Assembly: GCA_001687465.1 (NCBI GenBank)
Contig: LVLI01000069.1
Span: forward strand, 62,001-126,000
Reading direction: 5' to 3'
DNA length: 64,000 nt
DNA from: Halocafeteria seosinensis
Taxonomy: Eukaryota
Positions 38,420-52,220 of this stretch are shown here, one piece after another. How positions within the stretch are numbered: position 1 is the first letter of the stretch; every line of letters starts with the position of its first letter. Made by a program: the position numbers and the translations under genes. Under the pieces are notes generated by a model. That model ran no database searches, was not told the DNA's origin, and was given only the letters and a program-made list of their open reading frames with translations.

Positions 38420-39987
38420 TCAGAAGAGAGGCACGTTGCATTGAGTTGGGACGCCTGGGAGAAGCAAACAACGTCCAGGTGCAACAGGGAGAAGGTTAAA
38501 GGCAACACGAAACGTACCTGGTCCCTGTATGAAACCGACATCGTCTATGGCTACACTTTCCAACCAGAATGTGAAATCCCCGAGAATGGTAAAATTAGAG
38601 ATGCCTGTCCGTCAGAAAGGAGACAACGCAGTCGTAAAGGACATAGCATGGTAAGCTTTGTCCGTCTACAGATTTCTCACCTGAAAGGGTCTCGACCATT
38701 TCGCAGGTCGTTGGCCTTTTCCACGGCAAGATGGGGGAACCAGAGTCTACAAGCCAATAATCTTCATGCAACGGTATCTCGAACTTAGTCGAGAGGCCAC
38801 CAAAGGAGTTTGTACCATTCGCGAACACAGCCAGTGCTAAGCCTCTGGCTCCATCGCATGCCGCGCATTCGATTCTGACAAGCTGTGGAAGAGCATTCGT
38901 GTACTGCTCTTTGAAGAGACCGTCTCCCGAAGTCATTGTTATCTGAACCGTGCCATTATAGGCAATTGCAAAATTACCATGGAATTTTGGAGGTGCTTCG
39001 AACCTCCAAAGCTGCATGAGGATCTTACCAGGTTTTGCCTTACATTACCCATAGGCGTAGTCTTTGCACTTACCGTCTTGTCGCTGCCTGTTTCCTTATC
39101 TGTGAAGATTTCATCGTCTGTGCCATACACGTAGAAACTGAGCAGACCACGGGAGACCCTTTGGTACCGAATCCCGCCTAGAGGTAATAATGCCTGCTTT
39201 CGTCCGTTTCCGACAATTTTCCAGTCCTCAGCATCTAAAGTAAACTCGGAAAATTGGACGCGCCTATGGTCAGGGATCAGGAATACCGTGGCTGGCTCGC
39301 TTTGGACTTCTCCATCTAATGTTCTCACATAGTAGGAAAAATTGCCCCACTGCGGTGTCACGCAGGACAACAATAGACAAATGAAATCTGCGATCCGCGC
39401 GTCTTATGGTGACGTACCCTGCCGGAGGGAGTATTACCCTCCGAAGGAGCTTTATAGACAACCCTGTCTTGGCTTCCCGTGATGATTGCAGGAGCTTGTT
39501 TGATTTCATCCCCAACGCTTGGTTCAATGCTGCAGAATTCAGAGAACGACAGGTTACACAAATCACGGCTACACAAAAAGAAAAGAGGCAAAACTTACTT
39601 GAATTCACTAAATGTCTGGGTGATTTGATGCAATTTACCTTTTTCAGGGAGCGAAGTTATTATACTCTCAATCTGAGGTAAAGATTATTGCATTTCAGAT
39701 GCGGTTGGAATTCGTCGTTAAGCGGCCACCTACGTTTCTTCCTGAAGGATCTTTCCCAGTGAGACTGACAAATTTACTACCACCTAAGGCCACATTCACC
39801 AATAAATTGGGAGCCACAATCGGTAAATCTGCAGCGCATTTTCTTAATCAGATGGACGGATGCCCACAATGGCCATCTACTACCGAAACTTACGCGTTGG
39901 TAGGGGAGCTCCTGCAGCAACTGCATATTGCACCAGAGAAATGCATTTGAGCGCTAGAAGCAGACTTATAGGTATATTAAGCTTCAT
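38420..39987 (-). CDS. Secreted protein with laminin IV/B-like domain
   Basis: Signal peptide MKLNIPISLLLALKCISLVQYAVAAG; WRFEAPPKFHGNFAIAYNGT, FEIPLHEDYW, ILGDFT...SVAIDDV; exons join in frame. Confidence 0.7.
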
Positions 39988-40329
39988 ATTCCCCTTCTAA
40001 ACATGCATAGACAACGGGTTACCACTATGAAGTGCCTCTTGTTGTTGCACCGTCCCCCAGCAGAACCAAGTGAAGACATAGGGTGAATATCCTCAGATAA
40101 AACAAATACACTCCAATTTACACCTTGGAACCACTCTATATCGTAACATTATGCCCTTGTAGCCCGTATGCGCTAAGCGCAGCAGCTGCAGCTACACCAA
40201 AATTCAACTTCAACTTCCCCGAGGTATTAGTGGACATGTTCGCGCTTCTCTCTTTGTAGATTGTGTAGAGGTGAATCGTGAGGCTGAAGTGTTGTTCAGA
40301 GAGTTGCACGGTACCAAAAGGAAGGTAAC

Positions 40330-41633
40330 ATGTGGAAAAACTGGAGCACATCCACGAAAATAGGGGTAGCCACAGCAGCCATCGTCGCTGCAGGGGGATC
40401 ATATTGCTACTACAAACACTGCAGCAAGTCCATAAGGACACCCAGGGGTGTTTCGAAGCAAGGAACTAATTCTAAAGGTATCATGCAAGGCGATAGTGGA
40501 ACGGACAACGATATGGCTAGGCAAGGTAGGGGGTATGCCTCTCCCTAAGAACTATGTGAACGTGAATTCCAGCTAAGTTCGACTTCTCGCAGGTCAAGAC
40601 GACGATACACAACAAGAACTGGAGCAAATTTTTCAGGATGCAGTTACCTTTGTTCAGAAGCCACCGGTAGAAGCAGGCTTCAAGCCGACGCAGGACCAGG
40701 TAAGAGATATAGCGAGTTCCTATGGTCTTGTGAATGCAGTGTCCAAGCTGGTCGTTTCAGCAACTCCAACTGTATGGGCTATACAAACAAGCAACGGAAG
40801 GCCCCTGCAATAAGGAGGCCCCTAGTCGCTTAGACTTTAGAAATAGGGCGAAATGGTGAGTCCCTGTGGGCACCGGTACTGCGTGTAAACCAGCTAGCAA
40901 AGTGTCTTATTTCTTGTAACCAGGGAATCCTGGAAAAGACTCGGTGAAATGAGCAAGTACGATGCTAAGAACGCATATGTAGGATTACTAGACGAGTTAG
41001 CTCCCCAATGGAGTTCTTTTGACTTAGACGGGACTGAAACAGCTCCTCCTACACAGCCGGTGGATGAAGCTGGCGTCTCTGTTAGCACTATGAAGCATGT
41101 CTTAGGAGATGAAGCAGAAAAATCGGAGGAGCTTGACCATCTTGTCCTAATGATTCAAAACAATCAAACACAAGAACTTCGAAAAACTCTAGAGGGAAGT
41201 GACAGTGCAGAGATAAGGAATTCTAGCGGCGAAACTCTGCTCCATGTGGCCGCCGATGAAGGGAACTTGGAGGCACTGAAAGTCATCGTGACACACGCAT
41301 CTTCACTGAATATCCAGGTAAGCCTCTTCACCAACAATAAATCACGGGTTCATGCCTGGGGACTTTCCAAAGTAATTGCTGCCCCAGGAAAAAGAAGGCG
41401 GCCAGAGTCCACTTCACTACGCTCTTCTCAATGATGCATATGAGATAGCTGAGTATCTCGTGAGTAGTCAAGTACCCTTGGGTATTTTATTTTGGTTTCT
41501 CAAATTTAAGCGAATCCCGCTGCAGGTCAAGAGCGGCGCAGATCTCGATCTCCAGGACTTTGAGGGCTGTTCAGCTCTGGACCACTGTAGTTCAGCCGAG
41601 GTTGCTGCGAAGCTGGAATCGTTGCGAACATGA
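40330..41633 (+). CDS. Acyl-CoA-binding protein with N-terminal TM and ankyrin repeats
   Basis: [15 protein letters not shown]...[23 protein letters not shown] (ACB domain); [13 protein letters not shown] and GQSPLHYA ankyrin repeats. Confidence 0.88.
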
Positions 41634-41649
41634 AGCGTCTTCCCACAAG

Positions 41650-42315
41650 TCATGAGGGACTTCTATAAGAACGATGCTTCTTCTTTTTCTTCTTTTTCTT
41701 GGATGATGCTTTTCGTTTTCTTTTACGTTTTACGGATTTGGCATCGTGGGAGTCTGAGTCCTCGGACTCATCGCTGCATGGTCTTCCTCTTTTGCGGTGA
41801 GCAACAGAAGTACCCAATTCCCCAGGAACGCGTTCAATAGATGCGTCATCATCGAACGACGGTAAAGCCACATCCTCAGGTGGTGATTCGTCCAATTCTG
41901 CTATTCGTCGTTGGAGTGAGACGATCAGGCCGTGGTTGTTTTCCTCCTTGGCTTTCGCTAGTTTTTGCTGCAACTCATGTCGCCGCTTCTCCTTCGCTTG
42001 CTCTACTTTTTCCTGGCGAACTCTCTTTTTCTCCTCCGCTATCTGTTCACGCTCTCTTCGAGCCGATTCCTCCATGTCAGTAACGTCTTTAGTTTGGGAG
42101 AAGGACGTATCTCTTTCGATAGCTCTCTCCGCTTGTCTGCTCCTCCACATCCAGTCCTCCATCTGCAGTAGTTGGTAGAGTTTTGTATGCTAGCATATGA
42201 ATGAACAGACACCATAGACAGTACGTACATCCCTCCTATTGTGGGCGGTCACATCTCGTACACTCTTGTCGAAGAGTCGTTTCGGCCCTGGTGCAAATTG
42301 TTTCCGAGCCGCCAT
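41650..42315 (-). CDS. Basic nuclear protein, NKAPD1-like N-terminus
   Basis: Two exons: MAARKQFAPGPKRLFDKSVRDVTAHNRRD|MEDWMWRSRQAE...; poly-Lys C-terminus. Family assignment is from recalled similarity only. Confidence 0.55.
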
Positions 42316-42899
42316 CTCATTGTCACAGCTTTCCCAAACGCCCCATTTCGGTTCAAACTATCGGCACCCTTCAGAACTATGGAAACAACTGTTCATCTTT
42401 TTCTGGACACTGATTGTATCAAGCCAGCCTCCTCCAAGTAATTTTACGGTCAGTGAATTCCAATATTTGTGAAGCTCGTGCGGAAAACGTCTTCTGCCAG
42501 CTCAAGCTGCTCAACCCAGCTTGGGATATTGTCGTATTGTATTTGTGCAGCGTTGTTAGAGACGTCTTGGAAACGAGTTTGAGGAATTGCTACGGCCCTA
42601 AGTTTGTGGCTGGGACCTCTTTGGAACCGGAAACCAAACCACAGGTAAGTTTCCATCTGCTCCCTGCTCGGTACCCTTCGTTTTCCTTTTTGTCATTTTT
42701 GAATCACGGACGAGGCTGATTGGGATACTAGGGTCTTGTATGCACTATTCTCTAGATATAAACTCCAATCCACTCATTATATGGAAAGTATATTGTTTAT
42801 GATGTTATATTAACTGCACAGAATTGATAGATACTGGCTTTAAGGCCTGCATTGAGACAAAAAAGGGTAGTGGAATTCAAATTTTTGAAAGCAAGATAG

Positions 42900-44813
<1,914 letters not shown>

Positions 44814-45197
44814 TGCACGACGGTGGGTTTCAGCACAAAATCGTTGATAAGAATTAGATAATATACAACGAGTCTGTTCCTATATTATAGGTGTACTGTG
44901 GCCGCAACAGTGTTGTCTACAGTCGTAGCTAAGCAATTAATTCTTGAGTCAAAAGAATGACTAGAGCAAACCTTCGAAAATCACGGTAAAGGATGACTTG
45001 CCCATAAGAAAGCGCAAGAGAAGTACTCACTCATCCTGTATGACGTGTGGCCTTGAAGTTCAAAATTCAAAAAATGTGAAGGCGGATTTGCGAGATCCCC
45101 AAAAAGGGGTCGCTCATTATTCAGCAATAGCACACGCAATTGTGAGAGATTGGATTTGCGCATAAAATAAGAGGAAGACCATCCGAGAAAGATAAAA

Positions 45198-45889
45198 ATG
45201 GATGGCGAAGAAAAATTAACATTATGTCTCCGCAGCGACGTGGTAAGAGTGCATGTGAAGTCGAGACTCGTGCTTGCTTGCTATCAAGGTGGTTTTGGGC
45301 TCTATATGCAGCATCCGCACTTTAATGTCCGCGTGAAGCAAAAGACACCCTTCTCAAAAGTATTTCAGGCGTTTTCCCAACGTTATGCAGCCAAACCAGG
45401 CTGCACCTTTCGGTATACCCTTTGCGATGGAACAGCGCTGGGTCCGGATGCCTCCCCGAAAACGTACGGGCTGGAAGACGAGGAAATCATTAATGTCGCT
45501 GAAATCCCAGAAGGGCAACCGCAAGGCACTCAGCGAGTAAATCAGGTGAACGGAACTTTCAGGGAAGGTGCGAGGATGGATAACTATCCGAATAAGATAA
45601 CAATAACATTTAGGAAAATGGTACTCGTAATGGTGCTACAGCGATTCGGGATCCTAATGTTCCTGAAGATATGCAGAATAATGAGTGTTTGCAACTCCGT
45701 GTAGAGGACAATATGCGGTTTTCAAAAATAATTGAAAAGTATGAGAATCATTGCGGGCTGGACAGGCAATTGTGCAGATATATATTTGAGGAACGAAGGT
45801 TACATATCGAGGACACGCCCAAACAGTACGGTATGGAAGACGGATCTGTTGTCGAGGTTATGTTGCCCGCGAATGGGGGAAGCATCTAG
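45198..45889 (+). CDS. Di-SUMO-like protein A (two SUMO-like domains, C-terminal GG-SI)
   Basis: Three exons; domain 1 VRVKQKTPFSKVFQAF...TYGLEDEEIINV, domain 2 MRFSKIIEKY...RYIFEERRLHIEDTPKQYGMEDGSVVEVMLPANGGSI. Confidence 0.82.
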
Positions 45890-46363
45890 CTCGAATGCAA
45901 TTCATGTATATTGAGCAGATTCGTACCTTGGCGTCAAATATCCCTGAATAGCAAGAGCACAAGCAATACTCTACCTCGTTAGTATATGTGAGTTTGAGAG
46001 TAGCCGCACCATCAGGTACAAATTAAGACGCAAATTGCGTCTTACATGTTCTCTTCAAAATCTTAACAATAGGATTAAACAATTGTAGATTGTACTGCGT
46101 TTCCACCAGATTCCGCAGGGACCGGCTCACTCTCCAACAGATCTGAGACAATAACCAATGCGGTTAAAAGCACCTCCAACTAAAAAATTTGTCACATTTG
46201 TCGAAGATCGATATGACTTCTTAAGAAAACATAGTAATCTAGATTTAGATTCCAAAAGGAAAAAGAATTGTAGAGGTTCAGGAAGTATACTATTCATCCT
46301 CCAACTATTTGATCTACTAAGTAATTATTGCACGAGGAAGGTTCATCACAATAATAGGCTATA

Positions 46364-46797
46364 ATGAACGTACAAGAGGATACGATTGATCTCTTGAAAC
46401 TAATATCGGACGTGAATGCCGAGACGGAAGAAGCAACGTCCACAAGGGAAAATCATGATTCCCTTTGCTTATTGGAGCAGCTGGTGAGGGAACTTCAGCG
46501 TGCTGAAGCAATGTATCAAGAATTGCAATTTGCTCTAAGTACGTATTGGGTTGCTTGAGCTAGCCTGGCAAACGGGACATGTGTATGAAGGCCTGAAGTG
46601 TCCTGAACTATATTTCCTGAATTCTTCTTCTTGTTGCAGCCACTCTACAATCACTTCGAGCACACTTAGCCACCTCAATTCCATTGCTGCCTTCATGGAG
46701 GTTAAACGTACTAGGAAAAAAGAATGAATCCATGAAAAAGGAACTCGAACAAGTCGTTCAACGCGCTAGCTTTGGCCACGACAACGGTTCCTTGTGA
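46364..46797 (+). CDS. Small two-exon orphan coiled-coil protein between the di-SUMO genes
   Basis: Exon 46364-46538, GT-AG intron, exon 46640-46797 join in frame (MNVQEDTIDLLKLIS...LQFALTTLQSLRAHL...HDNGSL). Confidence 0.45.
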
Positions 46798-46992
46798 CAC
46801 CGCCCTTCTTATGGTTTATGGTAGCACCGTGATGATACAAGGATGCAAAGTTGCAGGACTAAAAAAGCATAGGATCAAAGATATGGTGTCAGTGCCATAA
46901 TAAAAATATATCCGAAAGGTACGGAGTACTGGATGTCATTTATGTAACGGGGCTAAGTGTCGGAGCCGCCATAGCTTCTACGGGTAGAGAAT

Positions 46993-47744
46993 CTAGGCTT
47001 GATACAACATGCCACCAACTTGCGATTGCTGTACATCAATGACGTCTCCATCTTCCATACCGATACTTTCCGGAGAGTCGTCTTCATTGAGCTGTGCGCC
47101 ATCAAAAACATATTTGAGATGCCCCTTAGTCAGGTTGCGATGCTTTTCAAACTGGCTAAATATAGCGACGAATGGTTTGTCTACTTTTGCAGTCAGTGGG
47201 GTATGCTGACCACCCTGCATATACAGGTTCGATGATAGGTGTTTTGGTTCAGTAACTATATGGGCAATAATTCAACGGGGCACACAAAACATACCTGGTT
47301 GAATATCAACTTGACTTTATCACCCCCTGTGGGGTTATTGTGGCCCATCATCCCCTGGGTATTCCCAGTAGCAGTCGGTGTATCTTGTGGGGCCTTCACA
47401 TTGACTTGGCCCCCGTCTTTCAGTTCATGCACTTTTGGGGTGTCATCTGCCTGAATAACGGTAGTGCTGCCTGGTAAGGTAAAGCGATACTTGTTGGAAA
47501 CCACTTCCGGGTCGAGTCCGTGTCGACTGGCATATGCGTGAAAAATCTTTGAAAAGGGTGTTGTCAGTTTAACACGGACACTGATGGTATTTCCATCCTG
47601 CGTAGAGGGGGGAAGGGCACAGTTTATGAAAAGATTACTCATGGGATCGAGGGCATTTTTCAAACAATTCAAAACACTAAATTAAGGAGCAAACCAACTT
47701 ACATGTCCCTGGATGCTGAGTGTTAACTTATCGTCAGTGCTCAT
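46993..47744 (-). CDS. Di-SUMO-like protein B (two SUMO-like domains, C-terminal GG-MLYQA)
   Basis: Three exons; MSTDDKLTLSIQGH|DGNTISVRVKLTTPFSKIFHAY...DDTPKVHELKDGGQV; domain 2 KYVFDGAQLNEDDSPESIGMEDGDVIDVQQSQVGG. Confidence 0.88.
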
Positions 47745-47966
47745 TGTTTATGTTTTTTCTTCACTACTGTTTCTCTTGCTGTTCAGCCTTTGTACAACAC
47801 TACTGCAGAATTAAATGCTGGTATGTCTCTCAATGGGCTCGTGTGAGCTTCACAAGATGGAATTTGAATTACAAAGAGTGCCCGTAAGTGCCTTTCTCAC
47901 TCCCATGCGACCATGGTGATTGACATGAAGTATGTTTGGATGATACAATCTGAATGAGACCTTAGA

Positions 47967-48686
47967 ATGACGCAGTTGGTGAATGTGACGTTGTGGAGAA
48001 CGCTGCGGCGTCTGGCTGGAGCCTCTGACGCACACGTACGCAAAGCAGAGACTGCCAGGTCTTGCCGGACTCTATGTTCCCTTCACAGTAGGCATCGAGG
48101 ACCAATAAAGTCTCATCGTCCGGAACTGGTATCGCATACAAGTCCTTTGATTCAGATAAGAACAGTGAAAACACGGTCCCAAAAGCGTGCCAAGGACAAA
48201 GCCATGACTGAATCCAAATGGACAATTGATAGAGATCAACTATATAAGCTCTATCAGACGTTAGACTCGGGATTACAACAAATGGTGCGATCCAACAAGA
48301 AATTTGACATAAATCATGACGGAGAAGAAGTAAGTACGACTTGTCGGTGGCCATGTAGCGATCTAATCGTGAGTCCATAATGTTACAGTTTACAATTGAT
48401 ACTGAGATGGGACAAATTAGGTTGTTCCTTTCAGAGAGTCAGGGAGCAGAGGTGCTTGCGCTAACTACTCCGAAGGTAAGAGTAATCAGTCATGGTTTGT
48501 GGAACAATTGTGGTGTCTAAAGACATCTCTCTCCTTGCTGTGCAGCAAGACAACCCTGCAGGGATGCACTTGTATAGATTCGATCCGACATTGGATGAGT
48601 GGGTTGGATATGATGATGGCCACTTCCTTAAAGAAATGCTATCCCGAGAGCTTGTTTTCTACTGCAAAGGTTATCCTACATTTTAA
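47967..48686 (+). CDS. Divergent frataxin/CyaY-like protein with mitochondrial-type presequence
   Basis: R/S/L-rich N-terminus; C-terminal AGMHLYRFDPTLDEWVGYDDGHFLKEMLSREL resembles the frataxin-fold C-terminus; three exons. Confidence 0.55.
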
Positions 48687-49740
48687 AGGTTCTGAGGTAC
48701 TCGGTGGTTAGCGCGAGATGGTTTAGGGGACTCGTAATATTGACTGGAGATATCGAGGGAGGGCCAATCAGGAGAGCCTCGTGGTAATTTGAAGAAAGCG
48801 GCCAACGAATCGGCTTCCGGCAACCACTAGGACGCACCTGCGGCCACCGAATCCGAATGCAGAAGCCGAAGATTTGGAATCGCCAAAATCTGCTGCGTTT
48901 CGGAATTAACCGATTCATCCGGACGCATAGGAGCTCCCGCGTCTGCAACTCTAGAGGCTCACCCCTCACACGGCGTAGCATGGCCTGTAGCATACACGTC
49001 TTGCGGTATATATACCAACACGGGATAAAGTTGTACACACTTGTTGGTGGAATGCTGAACCAAGAGGAAACGTCCTAATTTACAAGTTATTAAAGCCATG
49101 GTTTCGAGCACTAGTGTGTTTCCACGACCCAATGTCATTTGCAACTTACTTCCCCACTTAAACCACCCTCCCACTCTCGGTCCTAGAGTTCGGAATTCCA
49201 TTCAATTCCTGCTTCCGGTTGTTGAAGGGAATTGTTTTCCGCACCTCCGGGTGAAGGAGAGCGCGGTAATAGAAGAAGAATTGAGATTCTTGTTACTGTG
49301 TACAGAGCGCCATAGATTTTGAAAGGACCCGAAACCAGGGTTAATAGGAAGACAGAGAAGGAAAGGATCTTTTTTCGGTGGTAAATTATTTTGTTAGAGT
49401 AAGTTAGCCGGTCCGGAATGTATCCTGGAGTTGCATGCTTTTTGTAGTTTACTTCAAGGGGGGTCCGAAGGGGAGCCAGTTTCCCTTGGTGTTCAGGGCG
49501 GCTTCAACTTGTGCCAATGCTCCGTTTACTGACCTATTATGGCTCTTTTTCCGAGTTTAAGTGATAGGATCTGTGAGTGTCAAGAGTGTAGTTGATGACG
49601 GCACTGGAATTGTGTTCATCCATGGTCTTGCAGCAACGTAAGAAGGGAAAGAAACTGCAAGATAAAGCGTTTAGCACAAAGCATTTGTTTGACCTCATTG
49701 CGCATATTTTGCGCCTGATATCTATATCACGGAAAGCACG

Positions 49741-50931
49741 ATGGAATCAGATACGGCTCCACCCAAAGACCTGGATGAGGCGCTTGCTGATGTCAGCATG
49801 CGTTTCGTGTTGAATTTGCCCAAGGACCATCCTCCCTCTGTGGAGAGATTATTCATACACTTGCAGCAGGCATATTGGTTTTACGAAGACTTTCTGGCGG
49901 ACAAGTTTGAGCATTTACCGCATTTATCGGAGAGACGGTTCACGTTGCAACTTTTTGAACGGAATCCCGTGTTGAAGCATTACAAGGAGCATCACGGAGA
50001 ATATATGAAACGATACCGCGAGTATTTACATTCGATACCGGCGTATGGCGCAGTAATTTTAAATAAAGATCTTACGAAAGTCCTGTTAGTGAGGAGCTAT
50101 AAGGGAGAGTCGTATAACTTTCCGCGGGGTAAGATCAATGAAGCGGAATCAGAAGTTCAATGCGCAAAGCGGGAGGTATACGAGGAAGTAGGATACGACA
50201 TTGGTTCACTTATAAGGGACAACCGGTACATATCATACATGAGCCAGGTAAAATTCGTAAAGCTATTTATAGTTTCTGGAGTGCCGGAGAATGCACATTT
50301 CGAAACTCAAACCAGGAAAGAGGTTGGGGAGATTAGGTGGTTCCCGCTCAACGAAGTGTTGAACGCCAAAGGCAAATCTTCAAATGGTAAGAATCTAGGG
50401 CCAGTGAAGCCGGCTCTAGGAATGTTGAAGAAGTGGCTGAAGAAAAATCACCCGGGAAAGATTCCTCCAACTATAGGCACTTCGAAGAACAACGACAAGA
50501 AATCCTCCCCGCCAGAGAAGTCGGGCAAGAGTGACCCCACGGCAACCGGCGATCGTAACGAAGTAACATTCGGATCAAGTGGGGTTGGATGGTCTGTGAA
50601 TGAAATGTTTGCTGCAAATGCGGCCCTTTTGGGGAGGAACTTCGATTATGATGGTAATCCTCATTCATTTGCTGACAAGCAGCCCGAGAACTCAAACAGC
50701 TCCGAAGAGGCAAGTGATCCAAAGTCTGATGTTCCTGATACCGAGGATGAGCGAAGCGTCCAGCAGAAAAGCGAAACTGATACGGATAGCGAAAACCTGG
50801 ACAACTTCGAATTCGATCATTCGAGCGTGCTTGAATTGTTGCGAAGCAACATTGCGCAATCTCAGACAAGCGCTAGAGAGCGCGCAGCAAAAGCCAAGTC
50901 TGATATTCGCCGCCTGCTTACTCAGCAGTAG
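49741..50931 (+). CDS. DCP2: mRNA decapping enzyme Dcp2, intronless CDS
   Basis: Box A (RFVLNLP...LQQAYWFYEDF) and Nudix box GKINEAESEVQCAKREVYEEVG, FETQTRKE. Confidence 0.93.
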   Translation: MESDTAPPKDLDEALADVSMRFVLNLPKDHPPSVERLFIHLQQAYWFYEDFLADKFEHLPHLSERRFTLQLFERNPVLKHYKEHHGEYMKRYREYLHSIPAYGAVILNKDLTKVLLVRSYKGESYNFPRGKINEAESEVQCAKREVYEEVGYDIGSLIRDNRYISYMSQVKFVKLFIVSGVPENAHFETQTRKEVGEIRWFPLNEVLNAKGKSSNGKNLGPVKPALGMLKKWLKKNHPGKIPPTIGTSKNNDKKSSPPEKSGKSDPTATGDRNEVTFGSSGVGWSVNEMFAANAALLGRNFDYDGNPHSFADKQPENSNSSEEASDPKSDVPDTEDERSVQQKSETDTDSENLDNFEFDHSSVLELLRSNIAQSQTSARERAAKAKSDIRRLLTQQ

Positions 50932-51143
50932 ACAGCAAAGGATATGTTCTTTCTTTTTGTATCCTCTGTTTATTTTATTTTTTCTGAATTGTATCCCCGT
51001 CATTCAATGTGAGCCTCGCACAATTATATTTTCCCTGCGAGGACAAAGCTTTTGATCCTGTATGGCCCGGTGAGGCCATGCCTAACACGGTGCTTATTAG
51101 CACCTCAATCAGGCTTGTAAGCTGTTTCTCAGCAATTATTGCT

Positions 51144-51985
51144 CTACGTTACTTGCGCACATAGTACCGTCAAGTAGTACTCGCTTTCAGTCGCCCCCCT
51201 AACTGAGAGAAACGCTGTTGTAGCGTAACCTTTTGAGTATTGGCCTTTGGCGTTTACATTTGTGCAGGTTTCGGCCCCATTGAAATTCGCCATCCATTCC
51301 TGTTGATCAGAGTACAGCACCACTTTCTCCGGCTCTAGTTTCCCACCCAGAAGACTGGAAGATCCAGTTGCGCTGATGAACTCACTCGTCGTTAGCGTCG
51401 GCAACGTATTCGAAAACGATATGTACAGATTTGGGTCTCCTGCTCAGTCAACGTCATGACGCACGAGATCAGTCAGACAGGGGTGTACCTTTGTCACTGA
51501 GTACGTAACCACTTACCAGAGACTGGCCTAACCTTGACTTCGAACCAGATGTGCGCTCTGTGGAGAGGGGGTGTGCATATACAAACTGAATAGAAGCTGT
51601 ATTCGCCAACTCCCACGTGCCCACGTACGGTGCTACCGTGTTCCAGGGCTGTGATGCTAGCGTGTACTGCACTGTCTTCGCCGAAGGATCCGTAATCCAA
51701 TGACAGAGCATCCTTTGATGTTCCCGTGTTGCATCTGAAATCTCCTTTGTTTTGCGTCCAGAAGGAATGGGGACGTCTTAGGTAGTGAGACTCTTCGTGT
51801 AGGTTGCTGCTAGGATTATTTGCCAGTGACTTGGCTCTCCCTGGTACTGGTATTGGTTCCTCGGTTCCATCGTGCGCCTCGTCTCCCTGATGAAGGCTGT
51901 AGTATACTGCAAGTAATCCCAGCGTGAATGTAATTCCAAAGAAAACTTTGGCGGTGTTGCATGAATTCTTTGCTTTAGGTTTCAT
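51144..51985 (-). CDS. Type II membrane protein of unknown function
   Basis: N-terminal TM (VFFGITFTLGLLAVYY) and a beta-rich ectodomain; two exons. Confidence 0.55.
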
Positions 51986-52220
51986 TGGCGGACGCCAATG
52001 CGATGCTGTCCCTGGAATTAGATCTAATTTATGTCGATTTCTTAGTTTGTGGCCGGAATTCCATCGTCTATTCTCACGAACGGTTTAGACCACTTTTTGC
52101 ACCAGTGAAACTACATTCACTCCTAGACTTAGCGAATTAGAGGAAGACAACGATAAATCCGCAATACCACGTCTGGACCTCATCTAATACGGGCCACAAT
52201 CGCCGTGAATTTGCCTCAAC

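Noticed and set aside
42450..42719. ORFs upstream of the NKAPD1-like gene
   Set aside because: They do not splice in frame to the gene; probably UTR/promoter shared with RBBP4.
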